Source: Hypanus sabinus
Lineage: Eukaryota
Direction: 5' to 3'
Length of the DNA stretch: 64,000 nucleotides
Assembly: GCF_030144855.1 (NCBI RefSeq)
Contig: NC_082736.1
Coordinates: 6,510,001-6,574,000 of the forward strand
The notes beneath the pieces were generated by a model. That model was not told the origin of the DNA. It saw only the letters and a program-made list of their open reading frames with translations, and searched no databases. Of the stretch, positions 62,243 through 64,000 are shown one piece after another (the stretch's first letter is position 1; every line of letters starts with the position of its first letter). Position numbers and translations under genes: made by a program.

Positions 62243-64000
62243 TAGAGATCTAGAAGATTATAAGGCTACTAGGAAGGTGCTTAAGGAGGAAATTAGGAGA
62301 GCCACATGGCCTTGGCGGGCAGGATTAAGGAAAACCCCAAGGCATTCTACAAGTATGTGAAGACCAAGAGGATAAGACATGACAGAATAGACTTATAAAG
62401 CGTGATAGTGGGAAAGCGTGTATTCAACAGGAGGAAATAGCAGAGGTACCTGATGAATACCTTACTTCAGTATTCACTATGGAAAAGGATATTAGTGATT
62501 GTCCTGATGACCTGCAGCAGACTGAAAAGCTTGAGCATACAGCTATTAAGAAGGAGGATGTCCTGGAGCTTTTGGAAAGTTGGATAAATCGCTGGGACCA
62601 GACGAAATGTACCCCAGGCTACATGGGGTAGGCGAGGGGTGGAGATTGCTGAGCCTCTGGCAATGATCTTTGCACCATCAATGGGGAAGGGAGAGGTTCC
62701 AGAGGATTGGAGGATTGTGGATGTTGTTCCATTCTTCAAGAAAGGGAGTAGAGATAGCCCAGGAAATTACAGACCCGTGACTCTTACCTCAGTGGTTGGG
62801 AAGATGATGGAGAAGATCCTGAGAGGCAGGATTTATGAAGATTTGGAGAGCTATGATATGATCAGGAGTAGTCAGCATGTCTTTGTCAAGGACAGGATGT
62901 GCCTTACAAGCCTGATTGGATTTTTTGAGGATGTAACTAAACACAGTCATGAAGGAAGAGCAGTAGATATAGTGCATATGGATTTCAGCAAGGCATTTGA
63001 TAAGGTACCCCATGCAAGGCATACTGAGAAAGTAAGGAAGCATGGGATCCAAGGGGACATTGCGTTGTGAATCCAAAACTCGCTTGCCCACAGAAGGCAA
63101 AGAATGGTTGTACATGGGTCATATTCTGCATGGAGGTCGGTCACCAGTTCTGGGACCCTTTGTGATCTTTATAAATGGCCTAGATGAGGAAGTGGAGGGA
63201 TGGGTTAGTAAGATTGCTGATGACACAAAGGTTGGAGGAGTAGTGGACACTGTGGACAGCTGTCAGAGGTTACAGAGGGGCATTGATAGGATGCAAAACT
63301 GGGCTGAGGAGCGGCAGATGGAGTTCAACCGAGATAAGTCTGAAGTGGTTCATTTTGGTTGGTCAAATATGATGGCAGAATTTATTATTAATGGTAAGAC
63401 TCTTTGCAGTGTGGAGGATCAGAGTGATACTGGGGTCCGAGTGCACAGACGCTCAAAGCAGCTGCGCAGGTTGACTCAGTGGTCAAAAAGGCATACGGTG
63501 TATTGGCCTTCATCAATTGTGGAATTGAATTTAGGAGCCGAGAGGTAATGTTGCAGCTATACGCAACCTTGGTCAGAACCCACTTGGAGAACTGTGTTCA
63601 GTTCTGGTCACCCCTCTACAGGAAGGATGTGGAAGCCATAGAAAGGGTGCAGAGGAGATTTACAAAGACATTGCCTGGATTGGGGAAAATGCCTTATGAG
63701 AATAGGTTGAATGAACTCTTTGCAGCAAAGGAGGATGAGAGGTGACCTGATTGAGGTGTACAAGATGATGAGAGGCATTGATCGTGTCAATAGTCAGAGG
63801 CTTTTTCCCAAGGCTGAAATGGCTGCCACAAGAGGACACAGGTTTAAGGTGCTGGGGAGTAGGTACAGAGGAGATGTCAGGGGTAAGTTTTTTTACTCAG
63901 AGAGTGGTGAGTGCATGGAATGGGCTGCTGGCAACATTGGTAGAAGTGGATACGATAGGGCCTTTTAAGAGGCTTTTCAATAGGTCCATGGAGCTTCAAA
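62243..64000 (+). mobile_element. CR1 LINE (third copy; runs off the window)
   Basis: RT ORFs 62639-63070, 63042-63548 and 63479-63745; near-identical to 2182-3900. Confidence 0.92.

Overview
Vertebrate genomic DNA, most likely from a cartilaginous fish (shark or ray). That assignment is inferred from the CR1, Rex1, Penelope and L1 repeat repertoire. The window is part of a replication-dependent histone gene cluster built from large, diverged, mosaic tandem duplications: 1-3.9k recurs at 23.2-27.1k and 60.06-64k, 5.1-11.5k at 27.4-34.9k, and 10.1-23.2k at 46.0-60.1k. Intact genes are all on the minus strand: two H2A, two H2B, one H4 (each with a 3' stem-loop and HDE) and one tRNA-Gly(TCC). 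No H3 or H1 is present. Most of the rest is decayed mobile DNA: CR1, Rex1/Babar, Penelope with hammerhead-like motifs, a 5'-inverted L1, Tc1, and a solo LTR whose empty site survives in the paralogous copy. The most notable unexplained structure is a CpG-rich promoter present three times (about 11.3k, 34.7k, 47.3k). Its RFX-like, CRE, E-box and PBX/PKNOX motifs are kept while the spacers diverge. It drives a predicted multi-exon minus-strand transcript with no long ORF, co-oriented with the histone genes. Also seen: apparent loss of H4 from one unit by recombination between duplicated H4 promoters, an inverted H4 3'-end relic, copy-specific lesions in the histone genes, a 382-bp identical tract, and a 113-bp templated inverted duplication. 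Percent identities are by-eye impressions unless a count is given.
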